Shown in pieces: positions 11,101 to 23,100 of a stretch of DNA of 29,940 nt. Source of the DNA: Candidatus Kuenenia stuttgartensis. Its GTDB lineage: Bacteria; Planctomycetota; Planctomycetia; Pirellulales; UBA1268. The stretch covers positions 1 to 29,940 of the forward strand of contig CAMCPF010000001.1 of NCBI GenBank assembly GCA_945876515.1. The letters are read 5' to 3'. Position 1 is the stretch's first letter, and each line of letters starts with the position of its first letter. A program made the translations under genes and the position numbers. A model generated the notes under the pieces. That model did not search any database, was not told where the DNA came from, and was given only the letters and a program-made list of their open reading frames with translations.

Positions 11101-14100
11101 GGCGCCCAGCAAAACGTTTCCGTCGCCAAGGGGGCTACGCTCGATCTCAACGGCACGGCGCAGTTGATCGGCATGTTTTACAACTCGAACAACTCCGCTG
11201 ATTATGCCAACACCAGCGGCGTGATCACCTCGGCCACGCCGGCCCTGTTCGCCTCGCGCTCCAGCAACAACACCAACATCTACTTTGGCGGCCAGATCAC
11301 CGGCGCAATCACGACGCTTCTCGGCGGCACTGGCACCCGCTGGTACTATTCTGACAACACCTACACGGGCCGCACGGCCGTCGTGGGTGGCTCGCACGTC
11401 CTGATCGACTCCGGGCGGATGTCGGGCACCTCCGGCATCGACGTCAACTACGGCCTCTTCTACCTGCGAAACTCGGGGTCGCTCGACCTCGCCGACCGCG
11501 TGCCCGACGCGGCGCCGATCACGCTCCGCGGCGGCTATGTCGAGTACAACGGCCGAGCCCAGACGGCCTCAGCCGAGACCCTCGGCGCGGTGACCATCGA
11601 CAGCGGCTGGAACACGTTCAACGTCACGGCCGGCGGCACGGGCGTGAACTCCGCCGATCTCACGCTTACCTCGCTTACCCGGCCCTCGGGCTCTGCCGGC
11701 GTCGTGCGGGTGGCGACGGCCAACGGCCAGTTCGGCAGCGCTGCGAGGCTCCTGATCACCGCCGAGCCCTCGCTCACCAACAACATCATCGGCCCCTGGG
11801 CCGTGCAGGACCGCGAGTGGGCGAGCTACGTGTCCGGCCTGGGCGTGGCGCAGTTGAACGCGACGGGCTTCGCCGGCTACGACGCCACCGCCCTCACGGC
11901 CGGCTCCAACCCCACCGCGAACGTCCGGGTCACGGGCAATGCAACGCTCGCGGGCAATGCCATCGTGAACACCTTCGCCACCAACGGCGGCGGCCTGACG
12001 GTGGATCTTGGCGGCAACACCCTCACGCTCGCCGGTGGCGGCCTGATCCTGGGCGGCACGACCAACAGCGTCACCCAGACCCTCTCCAACGGTACGGTCA
12101 CGGCTGGTGCGGCCGGCGTGGGTGGCGACCTCTACATGTACTGGCTGCCCTACGGCGGCACCGCCCGCGTCTCGGCCATCTCCGCCCGCGTGGCCGACAA
12201 CGCCGGCGGCGCGGTCCGGCTCATCCTCTCGAGCCCGGAAGGCGTGGGCACCACGCACAAGTCCACGCTGACGGGCCTCAACGTCCACGCCGGCGGCACC
12301 GTGATCAACGGCGGCCAGTGGGATCTGGCCGGGTCGGCCGGCCAAGTGATCCTGCCTGCCGGCGGCCTGACGCTCAATCAGGCCGGCGTGACGATGCTCA
12401 CCAACGCTGGCCAGATCGCCGCCGCCAACCCCGTCACGCTCACCGGCGGTGCCTCACTCACCCTCGTCGGCAACAACACGCTCGCCGGCCTCACCTTCGA
12501 CAACGTCGGCGGCACGGGCACGCCCACCGTCACCACCGGCGGCACGCTCACGCTCACCGCCGGGATCACCGCCGGCGGCTACAACCCGGCCACGATCTCC
12601 ACGATCAACGGCCGGCTCGACTTCCAGGGCGCCGACCGCACGATCACGGTCACTCCGCTGGAGTACGACGGCCGGGCCTTCGCTCCGTTCACGCCCAACC
12701 TCAACATCGGCGCGGTGATCCAAAACGCCGGCACGCTCACCGTCTCCGGCGGCGGCGTGCTGCAACTCGGTGGCCAGAACACGTTCGCCGGTGGCGTCGC
12801 GGTGGCGGCCAACACCGGCCTCTTCTTCGGGGCCGGCAGCACCCAGAACTCGAACATCCCCGTCATCACGAGCGGCCCGGTCGGCACCGGCACGCTTTCC
12901 CTCGGTGCCGGCGCCCGGTTGATGACGAGCGCCGCCCAGACGATCGACAACCCGCTCACGATCGCAGGCAACCTGGCCTTCGAGGGCACGAACAACCTCA
13001 CGCTCCGCGGCAATGCCACGCTCCCGATCGGCACCGGTGTCACGTTCGGCGTGCTCGCGCCCCAGATGACGGCCACGCTCTCGGGCGGCCTCGGTGGCGG
13101 TGCCGGCACCTCGATCACAAAGACCGGCAACGGCATCCTTTCGCTCGCCCCTGGCATCGCGGGCTACAACGGCACGTTGATTCCGAGCAGCGCCACCGCG
13201 ATCACGGGCAACACGTTCGCCGGGGGCGCGACCGCCTCCAGTGGCACGCTCCGCGGTGAGGTCTACGGTGCCCAGGCCCGGCCGTTCGGCACGGGCGCGG
13301 TCACGATCGATGGCGGTTTGCTCCAACTCCGCACGGCCGGACCCACCTTCAATGGCAACAACGCACCCGGCGGCGTCAATGGCACGCTGCTCGTCGGCAC
13401 CGATGTCACGCTCGCCGCCGGCCAGTCGCTCGGCCTGATCGAGCTCACCACCGCCGGCTCGACGGGCAACACGTTCCAGATGGGCACGCTCACGATGTCG
13501 GGCACCCAGACCCTCGGCGTGGGCGGCTCGAACAATCTTCGCGTGGCCTTCACCGGCAACGCGATCACCGGCACACCGACCTTTAACATCGACGCGAACG
13601 TCGGCCTGATCCTCCCCGGCGGCTTCACGGCCCCCGCCACCAAGACCGGCCTCGGCACGCTCTTCTACGGCGGCACGAACACCTTCGCCTCGGGCACGAC
13701 CCTCACGGGCGCCCTCCTCGGCGCGGCGCCGACGGCCGGCACGAGCGTGAGCCCGTTCGGCACCGGCCAATCGGTCACGCTCTCGAACGGCTCGACGCTC
13801 CCGCTCGTCACGCTGCCCGGCTCGCTCGACACCGCGGGCTTCACGGCGGGCGGCCTGCTGGCCTCCTTCTACAATCTTCCCACCACGAGCACCTCCCTCA
13901 ATAGCGTCGGCACCTCGGGCGTAGCTCCGGTGGGCACGATCCCCGGCGTGCAGCCCAACGACAGCACGATGACGCTCCGGCCGATCACGCTCACGCAGGG
14001 CACGCTCGTCCAGGGCTATGCCACCTACACTGGCCTGCTCGAGGTCACCAACCCGGGCGTCTACTCGTTCATCAGCGGTGCCGACGACCAGTTAACCTTG

Positions 14101-17100
14101 GTGATCGATGGCTCGCCCGTGATGAGCGCCAACGTCAACGGCGGCGGCCAGGCCGTCCTCGACAACGCCGTCGCCGGCTCGATCCAACTCGCCGCCGGCA
14201 CCCACGCGTTCGCGTACAAGCTGCAAAACGGCAGCGGCGGCGGCGGCTTCCGCCTCCTCTACTCGGGCCCCGACACCGCCTCCAACGGCACGCCCGGCGG
14301 CTTCCAGGCGATCCCCAACTCGAAGCTCCTCTACCAGACGGCCGCGCCGGGCGCCGGCAACGGCTTCCTGAACGCCGCCCGGATCGGCAACTCGACCGTG
14401 GTGCCGGCCTCCGCGTCGGTCACGATCGACGGCCAGGGCAGCGACTTTAGCGTCGCCGTGGCCGACCTCACCCTCGGCACGGGCTCCACGCTCAACGTCG
14501 CGAACCAGTTCGGCGCCGGCTGGGTGGGTGTCTCAGGGCTCACCACCATCGGCGGCGCGGGCGTAATCGTCTCCCCCAACACGGCCACCTTCGCGCTGGC
14601 CGGCGGCGTCGCCGACTCCGGAGCGGGCCTGACGAAGGCCGGCCCCGGCACGCTGCTCCTGGGTTCGAGCGGCTCGGGCTTCACCGGCTCGCTCGCCGTT
14701 CGCCAGGGCGTGGTCCAGCCGCTCGCCGCCAACGCCCTCCCCGGCGGCGGCACGGTCGTGGGCAGCACCATGACGGGGGCCTTCAACCGCACGGCCGGTG
14801 GCACGACCGTGAATGCTGGCAGCACGGCCGGCCTCTATCCGGGCATGTTTGTGCTCGGAACGGGCGCCGCGACCGCACCCACGATCGCGTCGATCACCGA
14901 TGGCACCACGTTCGTGCTCTCCTCCGGCACGGGTGTCACGGCCGCGACCGGTGGCACGCTCACCTTCGTCGGCCGCTCGAGCCTCGACCTAGCCGGCCTC
15001 GCCGTCACCGGCGCTGGCACCGTCACGATCCGCGGCAACGGCGCCCTCCTGCCCGGCTCGACGACCGTCTTCCAGCAGACGGCGGCCCTCTACAACTCGG
15101 CCCGCACGGCGTCGAGCTTGTCGTCGCCGGTGGCGATCGTGGGCGCGGCTGGGATCACCAACCAGATCGGCGGCTACGGCGACATGACGCTCTCGGGCGC
15201 CGTCAGTGACAACACGGCCGTCGCTCCCTTCACGAACGGCACCGGCTTCTCCAAGATCGGCAACAACACCCTCACGCTCTCCGCCGACAACACCGGGCTC
15301 ACCGGCCCGATCACGGTCTCCCGCGGCGTCCTGCGGCTCGGAAGCGCCGGCGCCCTCGGCACCACGGCCGGCGCCACCACGGTCAACAGCCCCGCCACGC
15401 TCGACCTCGGCGGATTCTCGACGGCCGAGCCGCTCACGATCAACGGCGCCGGCCTGACGGGCGTGGGCATGGCCAATCGTCTGGGCGTCCTGATCAACAG
15501 CGGCGCCACCGCGGCCACCGCTTCCGGTGCGGTGACCATGGCGGGCAACTCGTCGATCGGCAACGCCGCTTACACCTGGTCGGGTCCCTCGCTTGCTGCG
15601 GCCACGGTGCCCACGGCCGGGGCCGGTTCGATCACCGTCTCCGGCGCGATCGGCGGCGCCTTCGCTCTCACGAAGGTCGGTAACAGCACGCTCTTCCTGA
15701 CCAACGGCAACAGCTTCTCGGGCTCGACGAACGTGAACCTGGGCACGCTCGTCCTCACCGGCGGCGGCCGGCTCGGTGCCACGACCGTGACCACGGTCAA
15801 TCCCAACGGCACGCTCGTGTTCGACAACACGACCACGAACAACGACGCCCGCAGCGGCTCGGCCGGCGCCCGGGGCATCACGCTCAACGCCGCCACCTTC
15901 AACCTCCTCGGCGGCGCCACGGCAACGGCCGAGTCGCTCGGCACGGGGAACCTGCTCGTCAACGGCGGCTTTGGCATCGTCACGCTCGCGCCCGGAGCCG
16001 GCTCGCTCTCGCTGGCGGTTGGCCAGCCAACGGCCGGCAACTTCGGCACGGCCCTCTATCGCGGCACGAACTTGGGCGTGAACACGGCCGCCACGGCCGG
16101 CGCCGCCCGGATCACGTACGCCACGGCCCCAGGCACCACCGGCCAGAACGGTGCGGACGGCACCCGAACCAAGGGTGTCGTTCCCTGGGGCCTGGTCGAC
16201 ACCTCCGCCACCGGCTCGGGAACCAGCCTGGCCACCTTCAGCACCGCCAACGGCCTGCGAGCGTTGGCCGCCAGCGAATACGACCTCAACCCCGCCACGA
16301 TCACGAACAACAACAACGTCTATTTCAACAACGCCTCGCTCACGGGCGCCGCCAACGCCAACCTGAGCCCCAACAGCGTTACCCTCCAGATCACGTCGTC
16401 CGTCACGCTCGGAGCCCGCTCGATCCTCAACAACCAGAGCGGCGCCTTCCTGGCCACCGGCGCGGGCAACGTGGTCGGTGGCGGCAACGGCTTCATCACC
16501 GGCCCCAACACCAACGCCATCCACTTCCACGTGGCCGGCGGCACGAGCGGCCTCACTGTCTCCTCGCCGATCGGCTACACGGGCGCCGCCAACCCGTCGG
16601 GCTGGACCAAGTCGGGCAACGGCACGCTCGTGCTCTCGGCCCCGACCTTCCTGGCCAAGAACGTCTACGTCAACTATGGCACGCTCCAACTGGCGGGCGC
16701 CAACCGGCTGTTCTCCGCCCCCACGCCCGCGCCCGGGGCCAACGCCACCGTGGCCACCTACACCGTCCTCTCCGGCCTCTCGGTCGCCTCCGGCGGCACC
16801 TTCGATCTCGCCGGCAACGACCAATGGATCGGCCCCCTCTTCGGCACGGCCACGAACGGCGGCCAAGCAGGGGGAGGTGGCATCGTCACCAACTCCTCCG
16901 CCACGGCGGCCACGTTCCGGATGATCTCGCCCGGCGCCGACACGGTCTTCGGCGGCTCCGTGACCGGCAACCTCAGCCTCATCCGGCAGGGCGGCTACAC
17001 CTACTCCTTCGTGGCCCCGAACACGTTCAGCGGTGCCTTCACCACCACCGGCGGCAACACCCGCCTGATCGACCTCGGCACGTTCGAGAACGCCTCCGCC

Positions 17101-20100
17101 ATCACGGTCCGCAACACCGCGCTCACGTGGGACGACACGGGCCTCCAGGCCGTCGCCAACCGGCTCCCCGCTGCCGCCCCAATCAACCTGTCCGGCGGTG
17201 CCTTCACCTGGAACAGCCGCGCCGATCTCCTGAACACGATCGACGTGGGCGCGGTCAACATGGTTCGCGGCTCGTCGGTGGTGAACGTCAACGCCACCGC
17301 CGGCGGCTCGGCCACGCTCTCGCTGGCCGCCCTCGGCACCCGGGCCGAGGGGGCCACCGTCACCTTCGCCGGCAACACGATCATCGGCACGAACCCCTTC
17401 ATCACGCTCGACGCCGCCCCCACGCTCACCAACGGCATGATCGGCGGCTGGGCTGTCACCAGCACGGCCGACCCCACGCAGGGCGCCAACGCCGGCGGCT
17501 TCGTTACCTACGATCCGGTGGCGGGCATCCGGGCGCTCGTGGGCTACGCCACCACGGCCTCCACCGTCCTGCCTGGCAACAACGTCCGCTTCACGGGCAA
17601 CACCACGCTCAACGCCGGCACCAACACCGCCAACAGCCTGAGCGTCGCCAACACCACCACGGTCTCGTTCGCCGCCGCCAACGATCTGCTCGACCTCCAG
17701 AGCGGCGGCCTGCTCTTTAACGCCACGAATAACGCCAAGGCGCTCGGCAGCACGGCCGTCCCCGGCCGGCTCACGGCCGGTGGCTCGGCGGCCACCAGCG
17801 GCACCCGTGAACTCTTCATCCACACCCTTTCGAACACCGCGACGGTGAACTCCAATATCGTCGACAACCCCGCCGGTGCGGGCGTGGCGGTGGTGGTCGG
17901 CCAGGGCAACGTGGGCGCCGGGCCGGTCACGGTCCTCGCCGGTAACAACACCTACTCGGGTGCGACCTACGTCAACGGCTCGACCTTGCGGCTCAACTCC
18001 ACGACCGGTTATGCCGTGCCCGGCAACCTCGTCATCAACGGCGGTGCGACCACCGGCGGCACCCTGTCGGCCACCCAGTCGCTCGCCCAGTTGCTCCGGA
18101 GTGACCAGGTCGCCCCGACCGCCACCGTCACGATCAACGGCGCGGCCCGGTTCGACCTCAACACGTTCACCAACCAGATCACCAACCTCGTGTTCAACAA
18201 CGACGGCGGCGAGACGTCGGTCGAGTCGCCGGCCGTCCTCACGAACACCGGCACCCTCACGCTCACCGGCTCGATCAGCGTGCCCACGCCCTCGAATCCC
18301 GTGCTCGTGCCGCTCGTGGCGGGCAACCTCTCGCTGGGCTTCGGCTCTCGCACGGTCGCGGTCGATCCCGTCGCCGCCATGCCCTATCAGATCGGCCTGG
18401 CCATCAACTCCGGCATTCGGAACGGCACCGTCACCAAGACCGGCAACGGCGTGCTCTTCTTGGGCGGCGTCAGCGGCGACACGGCCGCGGCCACGGTCTC
18501 GGCCGGCACGCTCACGCTTGGCAACTCGGGCTATCTGGGTGGCCGGCTCACGCTCGGCTCGGGCACGCTGCTCGACATGCGAGGCGGCACCTTCACGGTC
18601 GGCTCGCTGACGGGCTCAGGCACGATCACCAACGACACCACCTACGCCAACGCCAACACGGCCGGCACGCTGATCACCGGCCTCGACGGCACAAGCACAA
18701 CCTTCTCGGGCACGTTCGCGAACTTCGAGAACAACCTCGCCGGCACCCTCACGGGCATGCCCCTGAACCTCAACAAGATCGGCACGGGCACGCTCACGCT
18801 CGACTCCCCCAACACCGCTACCAACACCGGCACCCTCACGGTCCAGCGGGGCGGCGTGATCGTCGGCGGGGCCGGCACCCTCTCCTTCGGCACCTACGCC
18901 TCCACCGTTGGTGGCACGCTCACGCTCGACAACACCACCACGGCCGCCAACAACCGACTGGGCGGCGCCACGCTCGTCGGCGGCACCAACGCCCGCACCC
19001 TCGCCCTCACCGGCGGCTCGCTCGTGGTCACGGGCAACGCCGCCACGGCCGTCACCGAGACGATCAGCGCCCTCTCTTCCGGCAACGGCGGCAGCGTGAT
19101 CACGCTCGATGCCGCCGACACCGCCGGCGTCACGCTCGCGGCCACCAGTTGGAGCGGCCAGGGCGGCCAAAACACCATGCTCGTCCGCGGTACGGGCCTG
19201 GGCGGCGGTGCGGCCGGTCCCGGCCGTGCCCTCGTCACGCCTGGCACCATCGCCTACACGGGCACGCAAGGGGGCGGCGCCGCCGGCACCACCACGATCT
19301 CCGTCCGGCCCGACATCCTCGCTGACACCTCGGTCACCGGACTGGGCATGGGCTTCGCCACCAACGGGGCCAACGGGCTGCGGCCGCTCGACCCGGCCAC
19401 GGAGCTGCTCCCGAGCGTCACGAGCCTCGGCCTGATCAACAACGGCTCGACCACGCAGAATGTCGGCCTCACCTCAACCCAGAGCATCGGCGGCGACACC
19501 CGGCTCAACACGCTCACCCTCTTCTCCGGCGGCGGCCTGAATAACGTGGGCAACGCGCCCGCCGCCCTCACGGTCAACGTGGCCGGCATCCTCGCCTTCG
19601 AGGGCAACACCGGCATCACCGGCCGCACGATGTCGAGCGCCGGCGTCACGATGGATTTCCACGTGGTCGGCCCGGCCGCCACGCTTGCCCTCGATACCGC
19701 GATCGTGAACACGACCAGCGGCATCGTGAAGGCCGGCGACGGCACGCTCTCCTTCGGCCGGCGGCAGTACTTCACGGGCCCGGCCGGAACCCACGGGCTG
19801 ACGATCAACGGCGGCACCGTCACGCTCGCCTCGGGGGTGACCAACACGATCCTGGTCCAGCCCACCGCCACCACTGCCACGTTCCTCAGCCTCAATGGCA
19901 ACGGCGGCACGCTCGACTTGAACGGCACCACCCAGATGGTCGAGCGGCTCCAGTCGCAGGGCACGCAGCCCGGAGCGGCCGGCGGCGTCACGAGCGCCTC
20001 CGGCGGCACGCTCGTGAGTACCACCGGCTCGAGCACCACCTTCGCCGGCACGCTCACCGGCGGCCTCGCCTTCCAAAAAGCCGGCAACTCCACGCTCACG

Positions 20101-23100
20101 CTCGTCGCCGAGAGCAGCTACACCGGGGCCACGACCGTCCGCGGCGGCGGCCTCACCCTCCGCGACTCCGCGGCCCTCACCGGCACCGCCTCGATCGACG
20201 TCAACCAGGCCACCCTCACGCTCGACAACACGGGGCTCACAGGCCGCACTGACCGGCTCGGCTTCGCCGGCGTCACCCTCCGCGGCGGCACCATGACAAT
20301 CCTCGGCCGCCAGAGCACGCAAGAATCGCAGACGCTGTTCGGCCTGTCGCTCGACGGCGGAATGTCGACGGTCACGCTCACGCCGCCGAGCGGCCCGACC
20401 ATCAACGGTTCAGCCTACGATCTGACCGTGTTCTCGCTCACGCCCTCCAACGGTGCGACGGCCAACTTCACCGCGGGCAACGGGACCCTCGGCGGCATCG
20501 GTGGAGCCCCAAGGCTCACCGTCCCGGGCGGCACGAACACGGCCGACATCATCGGCGGCTGGGCCGTGGCCAACGGTAGTAACTGGGCGACCTACCGCTC
20601 CGGCGGGATCATCGGCGCGATGAGCGACACAGGCAGCGGCTTCGCGACCTACGGCAGCACCGACCTTGCTACCGCTTCCGGGGCGACCGTCAACGTTAAC
20701 GACGGAGCGACCCGCACCGTGACCACCCGGACTATCAACTCGCTCCGCGCCGCCCCGAACGCGGCCAACACGATCACACTCGGCGCAACTGCCACGCCGG
20801 CCACGCTCACGATCGCCAGCGGCGGCTTCCTTACCAACAACAACAACACGCTCAACTACACCGCTGCCAACATCGCCTCGGCGATCGAGGCCGGCAACGG
20901 CAACCCGCTCTACGTGTTCGTCAATCAAAACACGACCACGCTCGGCACCCGGATCCTCGGCAGCGGAGGCCTGACCAAGTCGGGGAACGGCACACTCACG
21001 CTCAACCCAGGCTCCTACACGATCGCGGCCACGGCAAGCTCCGGCGGCACCACCCTCACGGTCGGCTCCACGGCCGGGATGGCGGTCGGGATGCCCGTCA
21101 GCGGCACCGGCATTCCCGCTGGCACGACGATCACGAGCGTTGACAGTGGCACCGTCGTCACCATCTCCCAGGCCACCACCCAGGCCCTGTCGGCCACCAA
21201 CCTCACCTTCGTGCAGTCCAACCGCTACACCGGCACCACCTACGCCAACGGCGGCGGCGTGCTCAACCTCTCCGGCCCGGCCGGGTCGGTCGTGATCCCC
21301 GGCGAGCTCGTGATCGCCGGCAACAATAGCCGCGTGACCATGAACACCAACGCCGGCCAGATCGCCTCCACGGCCAACGTCACGATCAACGGCGGCGGCG
21401 TGCTCACGCTCGTGGGCACCAACACCCTGAACGCCCTCACCTTCAACAACATCGGCGGCACCACGCAGCCGAGCGTGGCCACGGCCACGCTCCTGAACCT
21501 CTCGGCCGCGACGCCGATCACCGCCGTCAACGACAACACCGGCACCACGCCGCTCGTCTCCGGCACCGCTCTGGCCCTGACGAACGCCACCCCCACGATC
21601 GACGTCTCGGGCCTCTCCCCGATGGGTCTCGTGATCTCGGCGCCGATCACCGCGGCAGGCGGGCAGATCCAAAAGACCGGCACGGGCTCGCTCGTGCTCT
21701 CCGGCGCGAGCACCTTCTCGACCGGCATCAACGTCACGGCCGGCACGCTGATCGTCGACAACAACGCCGGCGCCGGCACCGGCGGCCTCGTGTTCGCCGA
21801 CGGCACCTCGCTGATGGGTGGCTCGGCCGCCCGCACGATCGCCAACGCGATCACGCTCGACGGCAACATCTCGCTCGGCGGCGTGGCCGCCGCCAACGCG
21901 ATCACCGTCTCGGGCGCGGTGTCGATGGGCTCGGGCCGCCGCACGATCACGGTCGAGGGCTTCCCCTCGCTCGCCACGCTCTCGGGCGCGGTCGGCGGCA
22001 CGGGTGGCCTGGAGAAGGCGGGCCTCGGTCTGCTCACGCTCTCCGGCACGAACACCTACTCGGGCGGCACCTTCGTCAACGAGGGCATGCTGGCCGTCGC
22101 CTCCGACGCCGCCTTGGGCAGCGTGGCCGAGGCGAACTTCGTCACCCTCGGCGGCGGCACGTTGCGGCCCACGGCCACCTTCGCCCCGAACGCCAACCAT
22201 CGGATCGTGATCGGCCCGGCCGGCGGCACCATCGACGGCAATGGCCAGGGCTTCACGATCAACGCCGCCGATCTGCTTACCGGCTCGGGCCCACTCGTCG
22301 TCCAGGGCAACGGCACTGGCAACTCCATGCTCAGCGTCTCGGTCGCCCAGAGCTCGTTGACGAGTGATATCCGGATCGCCAGCGGCCGGATCGTGACCAG
22401 CGGCACCGGACTGACCAACCCCCTCGGCACCGGCGCGATCAGCGTCGGAGAGAGCACCTCGTCGCTCTACATCACCACGACCAACAGCACCTACTCCAAC
22501 CCGCTGAGGCTCTTCGGCAACGGCGGTGAGACCCGGGGCGTCGTCCGGCTCAACGCCTCGGGCAACACCTTCAGCGGCCCGATCACGCTCCTAGGCAACG
22601 CTTCGCTCCTGGCCGACGGCGGCAACACCACCACGTTCTCGGGCACCATCTCCGGCAACTTCGGTGCCTTCTTCGGCGGCCAGATCAGCGGCACCACCAA
22701 CACCAACGCCAACGCCGCGGCCCGCTACATCGTGACCGGCACCAACTCCCACGCTTCGACCTACATCGGCGCCGGCACGCTGGCGATCAACGCCGACGCC
22801 GCCCTCGGCGCCGCGGCTGCCCCGCTGACGATCAACACCGGCACCCTCCAGGCCAACGCCGCCGGGATCGAGGTGGCCGCCGGCCGCACGATCACGCTCA
22901 CCACCGGCACCACGGGCAACGTCGACACCAACGGCAACGACATGACGATCGCCGGCCCGATCGCCGCCACCACCGGCAGCCTCGTGAAGGTGGGCCTCGG
23001 TTCGCTGACCCTCGGCGGCACGGCCGGCCACACCGGAGCCACCACGGTCAACCAGGGCACGCTCGTCGTGGCTGCCACGCCGGCCGTGGGCTCGGGCCTG

